Assembly (NCBI GenBank): GCA_951406725.2
Contig: OX597815.1
Location: 121,396,001 to 121,460,000 of the forward strand
Source of the DNA: Octopus vulgaris
Taxonomy: Eukaryota
Direction of reading: 5' to 3'
DNA: 64,000 bases
The notes under the pieces were generated by a model. That model made no database searches and was not told where the DNA came from. It saw nothing but the letters and a program-made list of their open reading frames with translations. The position numbers were made by a program, and so were the translations under genes. Shown here one piece after another: positions 1 to 11,494 of this stretch; within the stretch, counting starts at the first letter, position 1, and every line of letters begins with the position of its first letter.

Positions 1-282
1 GAGTCTCATGAATGTCTTTTACTATAATGGATCCAAGCAAATATCTGAAATATATTCCTGCTGCTGTTTGTTGTATCTTGTATATTAAAGAGAATAATGA
101 CAACTTACTATCACCACTACTTGTATTGCCATTACTGTCATTTGTTAATCTTCAAGAATATCAATATCTTGCCAGCTTTTAATTATCATTATTGTTTGTG
201 TGATGAGATAATTGCTCACCTTGATTTATATTTCCAAATGAAGAAATTTGAATCACATTTTAGAAGTTACTTACTAGTTAGA

Positions 283-700
283 GAAGGTGTATGGCTTAGG
301 GATTAGATGTTTGACATATGATTATGGCCAGTCCCTCAGTTAGTTACAATGGTGAGTGTACTAGTTGATGCAATAAATGGAACAGCCTGCATGCATACCC
401 TTTACATAGTTCTCACGGAAATTCAGTGAAACACAGAATGTGACAAGGTTGGCCCTTTGAGTTACAGGTACAATTCATCTTTGCCACCTGAGTGGACTGG
501 AGCAATGTGGAATAAAGTGTCTAGCCAGGAATTGAGCTCTCAACCTTATGATTGTGAGTCAAATACCCTAACTACTAAGCCATGCACCATCACTTCTTAT
601 GATCCTAAGGTCATAGATTCAGTTCTTGGACGCGATAGCATATTGTATCCTAGTACAAAACATTTCATTCCATATGGCTCCAGGCTACTCAACTGAAATG
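283..700 (+). mobile_element. Decayed tRNA-derived SINE (family S3), interrupted by a second copy
   Basis: Head GAAGGTGTATGGCTTAGGGATTAG resembles the intact copy at 12493; similarity resumes at ~598 (TAAGGTCATAGATTCAGTTC...GCTCCAGGCTACTCAACTG). Confidence 0.55.
323..597 (-). mobile_element. tRNA-derived SINE (family S3), minus strand
   Basis: Reverse complement GGTGCATGGCTTAGTAGTTAGGG...TGCTCCAGTCCACTCAGGTGGCAAA...CCTTGTCACA aligns with 12493-12816; flanked by TATGAT at 317-322 and 598-603. Confidence 0.8.
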
Positions 701-1756
701 ATTAGCAGCCAGATGGCAGTGCAGCCCTCTCTTCTTCCAGCCATCACATCCTGAATATTCTGCTGAATCAAAACTGAAGAAGGAAAGGAGTCTATAGTCT
801 GCCAGCAATTGCATATCTATCTAAAAACAATTAGTAAAAGCATGATACATCCTACTTAGTTACACTCACTCACTTACAAATAACAGCTGGTTGTAATTTT
901 AATTACTAATAACTGAAGGAAAGAAAGATCCAAAATTTACAAAATTTATTAGTATTAATATAATGCAATGGAATAAATTACAAATTGCACATTTGTATTA
1001 ATGTTTAAATGAAACTGTGTTCATCTAGTTCACATTGATATGCTCTTTCTATACTGGTCTTGTTCTCTGGATCACATTTTAAAACTAAAGAAGTACAACA
1101 GTATATTTTTTTACAGGAATAGGAAAACAAAAGATTAAAACTTAAGTCTGTAGACATATTTGTCATTTTAACAAATGTACAAACATGACTGTGAGATTAG
1201 GATGTTCACTTTGCAATTATTGGTCCTGGGCTTGCTCCCATTGCATAGTACCTTAGTCTAGTGAGACCATAAAACTGCATCTGGAAAGTCTTGCTTTGAT
1301 CTCACTGGCAGAGAAGCATCTGCTGTGACTGTTGAGACTCTCATTAGAGTGACAGCCCTTGTTAGAGTTACATCATATGAAGGTGTTGTATGTCAGTCTT
1401 GTCTGAGTATGATTTTACCATAAATTTGGTTTTTTCATCACAAGCTTCAGTCTCTCCTCTCATCTTTTTTAACTTGGCCAGTATCCAGTGGGACCCCCTT
1501 CTTCCCTATATATGCTGTTGAGGCCAGCAAGTTGTTGGCACGATGGCCACAAGTAGGTGAAAGCATTACTGCAAAGCAGCCTCTTTGTAATCATTTGACA
1601 AGCAAGAAATAGTAGCCAAATATCCTTCAAATCATAGTATACTAGGAATCATTAGATGATGTAGTTCTACATACACTTAAAAAGATAGGGTGGTCATGGG
1701 CAGAATGCATTCCTGTTACACAACAACTATGGACTATGTACTAAATCACTCTGTAA

Positions 1757-2010
1757 CACAGACACACACATGAGCATACAGACACACACATACACACATA
1801 TATATATATATATATACATGCACACACATCATACATACATATACATACATACCTACATACATACATGCATTCACTCATATTTACATGCACACTCATACTC
1901 ATACATACACACACACTCATGTATGTGCATATATGTGTGTGTGTGTGTGTGCGTGTATTGTATTATGTATGTATGTGTGTATGTATGTATGTATGTATGT
2001 ATGTGTATAA
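1757..2010. repeat. Compound microsatellite (CA)n/(TA)n/(TACA)n/(TG)n/(TATG)n
   Basis: Directly visible; explains ORFs 1770-2045 and 1963-2163. Confidence 0.95.
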
Positions 2011-2056
2011 ACACACAAATATGGTACACAGTAGGTAGTAAATAGTAGATAATACA

Positions 2057-2747
2057 TAACTTGATAAATAAAAATTATTAACTTCAAATATTAAAACATC
2101 TGAAGAAGCCGGGAGAAAGATTAGAAAAGCTGCACAGAAGAAATCATATGACGTCTTCATCAAATTTCAGGAGAGAACTATAGAAAAACAAATTTAATCA
2201 GAAACAAAATTGAAAAAATAAAATGATTCAAAAATCAAAATTTTCATTAAAAATAAACATAAGAAAACTTATAAAACAAATAATAATCATAGATAATGAG
2301 AAATAAAAACAAATTTAAAAGAACTTCGATAAAATAACGGACATACAATGTCAAACTAACAAATATAGTTGGACAGACATTTTCTTTCGTTCAGCTACAA
2401 TTCACTTATGCAAGAGAGAAAAAAATATTGACAATGTATGTCCATTTTTTATCAAAGATTTTTATTTTATCAACCATTATCTATGATTGTGGTATTATTT
2501 TTTTCTGTTTTAGTTTTCTTTATGATTCATTTTTAACGAGTCATAAAACTTTTTTTTTTTATTTTTGCTTCTGATTTTTAAACATTTTTTTTCTATAGCT
2601 TTCTTCTGATGTTGATGAAGATATTACATGATTTCTTAGTGTAGATCATGTTTTTTTTAATGCTCCCCCCCCCACACACACACACCTTCTCCAACGTCTT
2701 CTGATGCATAAATATTTGAAGATGATATTTTTATTCCTTATCAAACT
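2057..2747. repeat. Old inverted repeat (foldback), arms ~2057-2355 and ~2425-2747
   Basis: CTTCAAATATT/AATATTTGAAG, AAGAAATCAT/ATGATTTCTT, AATCATAGATAATG/CATTATCTATGATT and GGACATACA/TGTATGTCC occur in mirrored order. Confidence 0.7.
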
Positions 2748-2750
2748 ATA

Positions 2751-3237
2751 TGAGGTTTGATCAAAATGTTTCAGGACTGGTGCTATAAAAAGAAAACTGC
2801 AACATATTTCAATTCGGCATTTAATCTCCTTCAGAGTAACCCCATATTGAAACCACTTACTTTATCCAGCATCTTTCCGTAAATGGAAGCATTCCTGAAA
2901 CTCCTTTTTGGGGACAGTGGGCAGTTGCCTTGTTGGATATCTTCTATACCTACAAATCTTATTCCTTTCAAGTGGTATTTGATTTTTACTTTGGTTTAGG
3001 GATCTTAACCATAGACATACTATTTGTCACCAGTTATGACCCTCTTCAAAAGGAGATCCTGAACAACTGAAACCAAATCTTCTTTTTGAGATTATCACAC
3101 TCTATACACTTTACTTCCAAGCAATGCTATAAGCAACAGAAGTAAGTGAGAACAAAACTTAGTGTGCATGGCTTCACTATGTGTACTTTAGTTCCATTAC
3201 CATAGCAACAGTCCTGGTACTTTTTGATCAGCCCATG
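2751..3237 (-). mobile_element. Mariner-like internally deleted DNA transposon
   Basis: TIRs TGAGGTTTGATCAAAATGTTTCAGGACTG / CAGTCCTGGTACTTTTTGATCAGCCCATG, TA on both flanks; minus strand near 2820-2880 reads like a mariner C-terminus (RCWIK...GYSEGD*). Confidence 0.75.
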
Positions 3238-3384
3238 TATATTATTCTACTAATGGAGAAACAAGGTTTTGAAAGAATTTCATTATATAACTATTAACAA
3301 AGATATTTCAGTCAACTGTTTCTTGTATTGAACACTTTTATAGTAACTGCAGCTTTATTTGTAATACCTTTACAGATTGGCTTA

Positions 3385-3514
3385 GGCATGCCATGTAGTT
3401 TTTGGTTCAATTCCACTTTGCAACACCTTGGGGAAGTATTTTCAATCTGCTATAGCTCCAGGACAACCAATGTCTTGTGAGTGAATTTAGGTGGAAATTA
3501 TGTGAAAGCCTATC

Positions 3515-3567
<53 letters not shown>

Positions 3568-4005
3568 CTCGTTTTTCCAGCATTCATAATCTTCACATCG
3601 TCTTGACTTAACATCCCTCACCGTTTGTCTTTACTGTTTTGTTCTCACTGTCCTGTTTTTGTTACCACTTTCACTCCCCACAAAAAAATCTCAAATTTTA
3701 TTTAATTTGCTTTGCGGGAAGGACTGTTTCAACGTCATTACCTTCGAAACACAGAGTAGAAAAAACAGGGGACAACTGATGATGGTAATGTTCTTTATGT
3801 TGCATGTCTTGTTTCTCTGATCGTTTTTTTTTCGTTGTTCGAAAAAAGGTTCGTTTTCTATGTTTTTGATTTTTATGTTTTCATTTCTCATTGTGTCTAC
3901 GCTTTTTTGATTTCCTGTATCCATACGTGCATGTATATATACATACATATGTAGGTATGTACATATATGTATGAATGTATGCATATATCTATATATTATT
4001 TATAT

Positions 4006-4050
<45 letters not shown>

Positions 4051-4275
4051 CATACATATGTATGCGTTTCTTTTTGTTTGTCACCTTCCCCCACTACTTG
4101 ACAGCAAGGGTTGGTTTGTTTACATCTCCATAACCTAGAAATTCCATAAAAATGACCAATAGAATAAGTGACAGACTTAGATAATAAGTACTGAACTCGA
4201 TTTGTATGACTAAAATACTTCAAGGTCATGCCCCAGTAAGGCCGCAGTCCAATGACTGAAACAAGTAGAAGCTAA
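3385..4275 (+). mobile_element. Decayed SINE (family S1) with an insertion in its internal (TA)n
   Basis: 5' part ends GAAAGCCTATCGTATATA as at 22010; 3' part (4060-4275) ends GCCGCAGTCCAATGACTGAAACAAGTAGAAG as at 22310-22345. Confidence 0.7.
3565..3950 (+). mobile_element. (TA)n-anchored non-coding element (family A) with partial rearranged hammerhead motif
   Basis: Colinear with the reverse complement of 10960-11330 and with 19830-20150; ends TCCTGTATCCATACGTGCATGTATATA; contains CCTTCGAAACAC...GGACAACTGATGA. Confidence 0.7.
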
Positions 4276-4984
4276 AAGTTGCTACATATATTTAAAAGCT
4301 TTTTTCCCCTACATGCACACACACACAAACACACACGCAAACATACACACACGCACACACACACACACACACACACATACACTTGCTCACATAATAGGAT
4401 GATACATTCTGGGCCCCTAAACTCATAAAATCAGTACCAGCTGAACACTGAGATCAATGTAATCAACTTAAGCCTCCTCCGAAGTTGTTGACCTTGCGCC
4501 AAGATTTGAAGCCATTACTAAAACATTTAAAGAGCCGATGTTTACATGGGAATATGATCTTGTTTCTCCATTTAAGTAATCCATTATCAATTCTAAATAT
4601 TTTAAGTCCATCTATCATAAAAAGCTTGTACTCTTTTCTATTTGCCGTGTCTGTAAATAGAGATTACATTGGTTCTACCTCAGATTTGCTTAAATGTCGT
4701 ATTATGCAGAGCCAAACATTTAATAAGTAAAATATTTTGTAAGACAATAATATATATCGAGTTTAAAATCTGAAAATACTAGTTTTAAACTACAATGCCC
4801 CTGCATACAAGTGAAATAAGAAGAGTGCAGGTTTTGTACAATAGAGAGGTAACTTGAAATATTTTTAGCCGATGATAGATAACGTAATCTGAGAAACAAG
4901 AGCGTATCCTATAGGATTTAAAGGATATAAATTGAATACTGAAACGCAGCTAACGAGGCAGTGTTATCTAGTCTCCGAAAGAGA

Positions 4985-5570
4985 AGCTGAGGCTGCCTAA
5001 CCTCGCTGGGTTATTTGTGCTAGGTGCCCTTAAAAACGTTCGTACCATCACAATTCGTGTAGAGGGATGATGGTTTGGCAGTCTCAAGCTTTATGATCGC
5101 CACCCTAAGGATAAGTTCAGGAATAATCTTAGAATCATCTTCAGAGAATTTGGCCTTATTGTTATTGCTGCCACTCACTTAACAAAGGTTGACTATCTGG
5201 ACGTAATACCATACTTCAAGACAGGTTAAAAATATCTCTACAGTAAGCCCAACGAGAAAGCTTTATGTCTATAGACAATCTAGTCATGACCCCGGCTGCA
5301 GAAATCCGAAATAGGTATCAGTGGAAGAATCTCCAATCTATTTGCGAACAAAGATCTTCAACAGAGTCACATCTCACTAATATGAGGCATTAGAGAGGAG
5401 TAGCTTTACTGCTAAGTTAATGCAATTGGACAACCCCCATCCTACCCCCAAATCTGAAAAACATTTAGAAAAAGAAAGGTATGGTTTAATCCTCTATGCA
5501 ATATAAATATTTCTACAAGTACAGCTCGGAGCTTCCTGACGCTCATTAAAAAGCATCTTCCAAGAATCAC
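4985..5570 (+). pseudogene. Penelope-like element RT/thumb remnant (YRDDGL/WFNPP type)
   Basis: Frameshifted motifs in order: RDDGLAV, FREFGL, KVDYLDV, YSKPNE, SSHDP, RISNL, YEALERSSF, VWFNPL, FLTLIKKHLP. Confidence 0.75.
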
Positions 5571-5849
5571 TTCCTTCCCTGAACGTCAGCTCCCACCAAT
5601 TCCGTCTCTGCCTATATCTCTCCTGCACATGCTGACTCACGAAGATTCCAAGAGGAATATTAATAGCAACAATCTCACCCGCCTAGGGACACTGCATCTA
5701 CTTCCTTCTAGACCCAGAAAGTAAAAAAAAAAAGAAATTCTTTTTAGCTCAGCTGATTATTTACAGCTTTTACTACAAATTTTATATAAGAATTTCTTTT
5801 CAATAATATGGAATTGAGAAGCAATGGTATATGACATTTGTTACATCAT

Positions 5850-7830
5850 TGATAGAAACATGTTCTTTCGAATGGTAGGAATCTATTATTAGCTTGCAAC
5901 CTTGAGAGACTAACATGAACAATCTTAGAAAGACACTCGATTACAAGTTGAATATTTGATGAGATCATTAATATCTATAGGGTTTCCTTTTCCGCATCAG
6001 GTTTCAGATTTGAATGTTTAATACATCTCCCTTTAAAATGCTTAACAACATTGAATATATCTAACGCCATGATGCACTATCAGTTGCATTTTCCCATCTT
6101 TCTACACGAATAATATTTTTCTATATTTTCATCAAATTAAAGGCAGTCTTTGTATCTCAACTTCGATTTGTGCAGAAGCGTTCTTTTCCCAGAACATACT
6201 TCTCCATAGAATAGATGTTTTAGAATTCTTGTATCTTCCGTACAAACTATATTGTCTTTTCACCTCAGTCTGCTACTTGCATTAGAACTTCTGTGATTAC
6301 AGTATTTGCGAACTCCAAAACTCCAACGTCACTTTCATAATCCCACTTTATTATGCTAAATTTGTCGAAGAGACTTTTACTGTAAACGATTCAACTATTA
6401 AGCATGTTTAGAATGTATAATAAATGTTTCACTGTCATACTCTGCACGTTTTGAAAATAGATATTTTACTTTTGTTTTTTTAAATATAAATCGTGAAGAT
6501 TGCAATATTTCAAAAAGATATCTATGACTTAATTCTGTTTGCAATGTCGCCATCAAGATTTGCCTCCCTGTTTAACATGCAGTCTTTATTTTCAAGTTTT
6601 ACCGCAATGCTATTAATTTAGGTTTCTCACGAGGTTTTCCAGTGCTGTCCTAATAAAGAATAACAGTTTTATCAAGATTTATTATGGCTTGATATATTAC
6701 ATGCCGAGGAAATTTAATCCGTAAGAATTTAAAGATCCTTTTTGCTTTATTTTTGTAGGTAATGATTTCACTGTCGTCAGCATAAAAGGTCTCTTTTTAG
6801 AGATTGAAAAGTTAAAGTATGTGATTTAGAATTAAACCATTAAGTAAGTCGCGAATATACCTTATATATACTTAGCTGTTACTTAAGATTAGCCTGTGAA
6901 AGCGATTGATTTATACTTTTGTGAAGTACATACGTAGTAAATCAAGTAAGAGCAGTAATATTACTGTGTTATACCACCACTAATTGAAAATGAGTTTGAG
7001 TATTTCTCTATATATAAAAGAGACACTCTCATTTCAACATGAAAAAATTCCATGTTTGTGAATTTATCAAGGCAACCGATTTTCTGAGAATCTCCCATAA
7101 TGCATCTCGATTCACTGAATCGAAAACTTGAGTGAGATCAGAAGTAATTATAGATTGCAAGTCTCTCTGCTCAATGAATTTTTATTGTAACTGACGAGCT
7201 GAAAATAGTCATGTCATTGGTCCCTCGTGCAGCGTGAAAAAGATTATTAAGACTCGAGAAGGCATATACCAGTGTGTTGAATGAACTCGTGAATAATAAT
7301 TCTACTCAATATTTTGCCTACAAGTTTGGGGATGGAAATGCCTCATCTTACTCGCTTTTTTGTTTGTGCAACACTTTCAACAACGGATCTCTCCAAATCT
7401 TGAGAAAATGTATAATCTTATCCAAGATTTTGCAGAAGATCCAGCATCATATTTTCCACTGCTTTGAGCACTTCTGCAGAAATCATATCAATGCCAAGAG
7501 CACCATCTCTTATTTTTCCATTGACAATAGATAATTCATCAAGGAAGTGATTATAGGAGTTTGCTGAATGAATTCTCAACAAAAAATGGAGTAGCAACCA
7601 ATGTTAGATGAATAATTTAGCAGATCACTAGTTGCCATCGTTGAAGCATTCTATTTAATTTTGTAATAAATGTTTCACCATTCTTAGGTCTAATGGTGTC
7701 CCAGAAAATTGAGCGAGAATCTTAAACTTGATATAGAGAGTAAAGCTCTTTGGTATTCTTTTTGTTGCATACTTCTGCACTTCCATCTCTTATTTTTCAT
7801 GCTTCTGATTCCTTTCTCAATCTTTAACTT
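5850..7830 (-). pseudogene. Decayed RTE-clade LINE reverse transcriptase
   Basis: Minus-strand motifs GIDMISAEVLK, GKILSRII, ARGTNDM, FDSVNRDALWEIL, YADD (~6770-6785), LNREANLDGDIANRI; many stops and frameshifts. Confidence 0.8.
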
Positions 7831-7905
7831 AGTAGTTTTATATTAGGACAGTAAATTTTCGTTTTGACGGAGTAGTTTATTTAGATCCCTTTGCCAGGAT
7901 AATAA

Positions 7906-8123
7906 CTGTTTGAATTTTGGGCTAAAGGTTAGTAATTTTAGTTGAAGGAAGTAAGTCGATTACATTGAACCCAATGCTCAGCTGTTACTTATTTTATCAA
8001 TCTAGAAAGAATGAAAGGCAAAGTCAACATCGGCAGAAATTGAACTGAGACAGTAATTAGCCTGAAGAAATGTAGTTAAGCATTTTGTCCAACATGCTAA
8101 CGATTCTTTCAGTTTGCTACCTC
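7906..8123 (-). mobile_element. SINE family S2 (Nin/Deu-domain-like), decayed
   Basis: Reverse complement aligns to 26803-27010 (TTTGCCTTTCATTCTTTCTAGATTGATAAAATAAG); approximate TSD TGCCAGnAnAATAA. Confidence 0.75.
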
Positions 8124-8159
8124 TGCCAGAACAATAATAAGCCTTGTACTATGTGCTAT

Positions 8160-8420
8160 CGTCAAATTAATTCTTGCTTCTGGACTTTGTAACTCGTAAT
8201 ACTTCTTTAAAACTCGGTAAGCCTTGTTTATGAAAACTTCTTACTTTGTAGTTGTCGGTGTGTGTCGTCATTCATTTACGCAGTGGTAATATGATTTGTC
8301 CGATTTAGTTTGCCAGACATTTGTAACAAGTTATTGCCTACAATGTAAACAATTTTGTAATAGTAGGGTTGGGAATTTGTTTACTTAAAAATATTTTCTT
8401 CAATGTCTTAGGATGTCTTT
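8160..8420 (-). pseudogene. Penelope-like GIY-YIG endonuclease remnant
   Basis: Minus strand reads ITCYKCLAN*IGQIILPLRK*MTTH, matching the PLE pattern I-x-C-x2-C-x3-YIGQT-x3-LR-x-RM-x2-H. Confidence 0.55.
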
Positions 8421-8659
8421 TGCTTTTGATGATTTGTAACTTTTCCAAAACATTTTCATTTTTCGTTCTTCATATATAATAAATAAGATAGGTTTTTACA
8501 AATATGCAAAAATATTTCGGTATTTCTAGAGTTCAAGACAAATATAAATAGCAAAATTTTTTCTCCGTTTCACTGTTTATTCTCTTCTCTTTTTCCTCGC
8601 CCTCTTCATTCCATTCGTAATTAGACAAAGTGGAACTGTTCTTTGAACAAGTATGTTTT

Positions 8660-8746
8660 CCTCTTCATCCAGCTTTTTTTTTCTGCTCGTCCAGCTTTTT
8701 TTTTTTGCTCGTCCAGCATTTCTTTTTCTGCTCGTCCAATTTTTTT
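8660..8746. repeat. Short tandem repeat (CTGCTCGTCCAGC T-run) x3-4
   Basis: Directly visible. Confidence 0.8.
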
Positions 8747-8777
8747 AATCATATTTTGTAGGATTATTTACTACTAC

Positions 8778-8812
8778 TTTGCCAGGTTGAATGGAATGTG
8801 TTTTTAGATAAG

Positions 8813-8843
<31 letters not shown>

Positions 8844-9080
8844 TGTATGTATGTATGTATGTATGTATGTATGTATGTATGTTTGCATGTATGAGTACAT
8901 GCGTGTATAAATGTATATAAGTATATTTGTGTATGTGTGTGTGTCTTTGTCCGGGTGTGTGTCTTTGTCTCTCTGTGTGTGTGTCTTTGTCCGTGTGTGC
9001 GTGCTTTTGTGTATATATGTGTGTATGTATGTATCTATGTAATAATATACATAAACTCTTCGAATCAATAAAATCCATAT
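8778..9080 (+). repeat. Microsatellite-rich ~300 bp repeat, second copy at 12430-13035
   Basis: Shared ends TTGCCAGGTTGAATGGAATGT and ATAAACTCTTCGAATCAATAAAAT. Confidence 0.75.
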
Positions 9081-9204
9081 TCATGTCTCACACAAGTGTA
9101 ATAAAACGCCAGTTGCCAGAGTATTTATATTAAGATGTTCGGGCACAGTATGTTATACGATAAAATTCGTAATGAATGAGTGAAAGAAAAAAACATTCCA
9201 GTAG

Positions 9205-9992
9205 AATCGCTGACGACTCACAGAGAAGAGGGAAAATATTAAAGAAAGTAAGAATTAACTTTTTAAAACTTAATTCTTATGCTTAAGTAAAAGTTTGTTA
9301 ATAAGGATAGTTACAGTAACGAAAATGTTCCGGTATTACTAAATTTCGTCAGTGTAGCACTCAGCACGAGCCTGTCTGATATATATGATTGGTAGGCTTT
9401 GCACAGTAGTTAAAAAAACCATGGTTTTGTGCTCAAGGCCAGCACTATGGACAAAGCAAGCCATGTGATTACCCAAGTTGCTTAAATTTGTGGGCACTAC
9501 ACAAATTCCGAACTAAGACAGAACTTCTTAATATAACTAAAAGTAGGGATTTTCTAAAAATATAAAAAGGAAACAAAGAAAAAGTAACACACACACACAC
9601 ACACACACACATGTATACACACATACTGGGTGAAGAAGACACACTTTTAGGAATAGCCTTGAGCGCTGAGTTCTCAAGCGTTGACCCTGTTTGTGATCAG
9701 CCGTTATTTGTATAATATTTAACAAAGTGAGTTAAGGGTATCACTGTAAGAAGCCAGCCGCATAGATTAAGATAAATCAAGCAGATATATATGGAATATT
9801 AATATATTAATATATTGAAATTACTCTATTTGTAGAAAAGAGAAACGCTTGACAAATAAGACTGTTGTTTGTATATATGTGTGTGAGAGGGAGTGTAAAT
9901 TTTCTATTAAGTGTAAAAATTAATTTTTTTAAAAATTAACTTTTACTTTCTTGAATTTATTTTACCTTTTCGTTGAGCATCGCCAACGATTG
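9205..9992. mobile_element. Element bounded by decayed ~70 bp inverted repeats
   Basis: AATCGCTGACGA...AAGAAAGTAAGAATTAACTTTTTAAAA (9205-9275) mirrors 9918-9992. Confidence 0.45.
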
Positions 9993-10623
9993 CAGTTAGA
10001 TGTTTGCTTTCTTTATTCAAAAAGCTAATTTCAACATATTAGGATATACTTTATTTATTTATTTATTTATTTATTTATTGCTTGTGACATTCGGTACACC
10101 AACACCTACCACATTTACTTTTATCTATTTATCTATCGGTATCATTGACATATTTGAAATATTTCCCCAAGCTCGCTATTGTTGGATATTTATTACATTT
10201 GTTTACAATTAAATAATCGAAGTAACCTCTAAATGGTGTGATTAAACTTTTTGGCTTTTGATTAAAATGAAAATATTCAGACTGTTATCTTTAACCCTTT
10301 TTTCAGTAAACATTTCCTTGTATTTTTCATATGAATGCATTAGTTTACCCTTTTCACAATATGAAACACATCTAAACATTTTCCCATAAAATGAATAGAA
10401 TGAGGATGTCTTATTAATCTACTCATAAGTAGAAAGTAGAAAACAGAACGGTTTTTGATGAGTTGAAGCAGAGAATGAGGGAGAAAATTTGTCAGGCATA
10501 TTACACGACGTATGTGCAAATTACCCCTTTGAATACAATATCTCAAATTTCAAAATGTAGCGGTACGTCAGTATTCAGTTTTCCGCAACAATTCTGATCA
10601 CACAGGTGCTTTTCTTTCTCCTC

Positions 10624-10657
10624 TTTCTGATGAACAGCGTTGCTCGAAACGTTATGC
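10624..10657 (+). ncRNA. Minimal type I hammerhead-like motif (PLE pseudo-LTR type)
   Basis: TTT CTGATGA A CAGC GTT GCTC GAAACGTT A; lies in a ~230 bp unit (10540-10770) ending in (TA)n. Confidence 0.6.
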
Positions 10658-10775
10658 ACCCACCCTTATTTCTATTTTATACTGAGCGTCATGCTAATAC
10701 ATCCCACGTGTATGTCATTTTGACTTTTGTTATTTTGTTATTTGTTATTTTTAATTTTAGATTTACATATATATA

Positions 10776-10823
<48 letters not shown>

Positions 10824-10959
10824 TACTTGGAGGAAACGAAACGACGCAAGGACGCTCAGTCATACAATAATTTAATAAATAAAATATATGCATACATACA
10901 TACATATATGTACGTACCTACATCTACATGTATATATACATGCATATATAAATATATAT

Positions 10960-11480
10960 ACGTGAGTACAGGACACCACAAATAGACGTAGATTTCAACG
11001 AGAAACGAAAACGTAAAAACAAACATGGAAACGGACCTTTTTTTAACAACGAAAAAACGGAGTACAAGACAAACAACACAAGGAAAATTCCCCTTCATCA
11101 GCTGTCCCTAGTTCGACTCCATGCGTGTTTCGAAGGTGAGGACAGAACACGACTCGTCGAACTAACCCTTCCTGCGAAAGAATTAAATAAAATTCCTTTG
11201 CAGAGGAGTAAAAACAAGGAAAGAAAAAAATGTGACAAAAACAGGACGTAAAAACGATACAAATAAAATAACAAAATAAAATACAAAATAAAAATACAAT
11301 TACAAAAAAATACAGTACAAGAAATAAAAACAAACAATGAGGGCCTATTTTGGCCTAGACGAGGAAAGATTTTTAAGAGCGCAGGAAAAAAGCATGTTCA
11401 CTTGTAGGAGGCCGCAAGCGAAAGGAAGTGGTCGCCCGGCTGTGAGAGAGAGAGAGATGGGGTTGACTCTGTCTGTCATT
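10960..11480 (-). mobile_element. (TA)n-anchored non-coding element (family A)
   Basis: Homologous to 3565-3950 and 19130-19640; runs from a (GA)n end to GTCCTGTACTCACGTATATA on the minus strand. Confidence 0.75.
11088..11164 (-). ncRNA. Candidate hammerhead ribozyme with rearranged strand order
   Basis: Minus strand: TAGTTCGAC gagt CGTGT T CTGTCC tcaccttc GAA ACACG catgga GTCGAACTA g GGACAG CTGATGA aggggaa; core intact, helix III 5 bp, helix I 6 bp, added helix 9 bp. Confidence 0.65.
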
Positions 11481-11494
11481 GGAGCTGTGTTCTT

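Noticed and set aside
9320-9380. CTGACGA on the minus strand (likewise CTGATGA near 26029, 53683 and 62671) as further hammerheads
   Set aside because: No matching GAAA or NUH strands with pairing helices were found.
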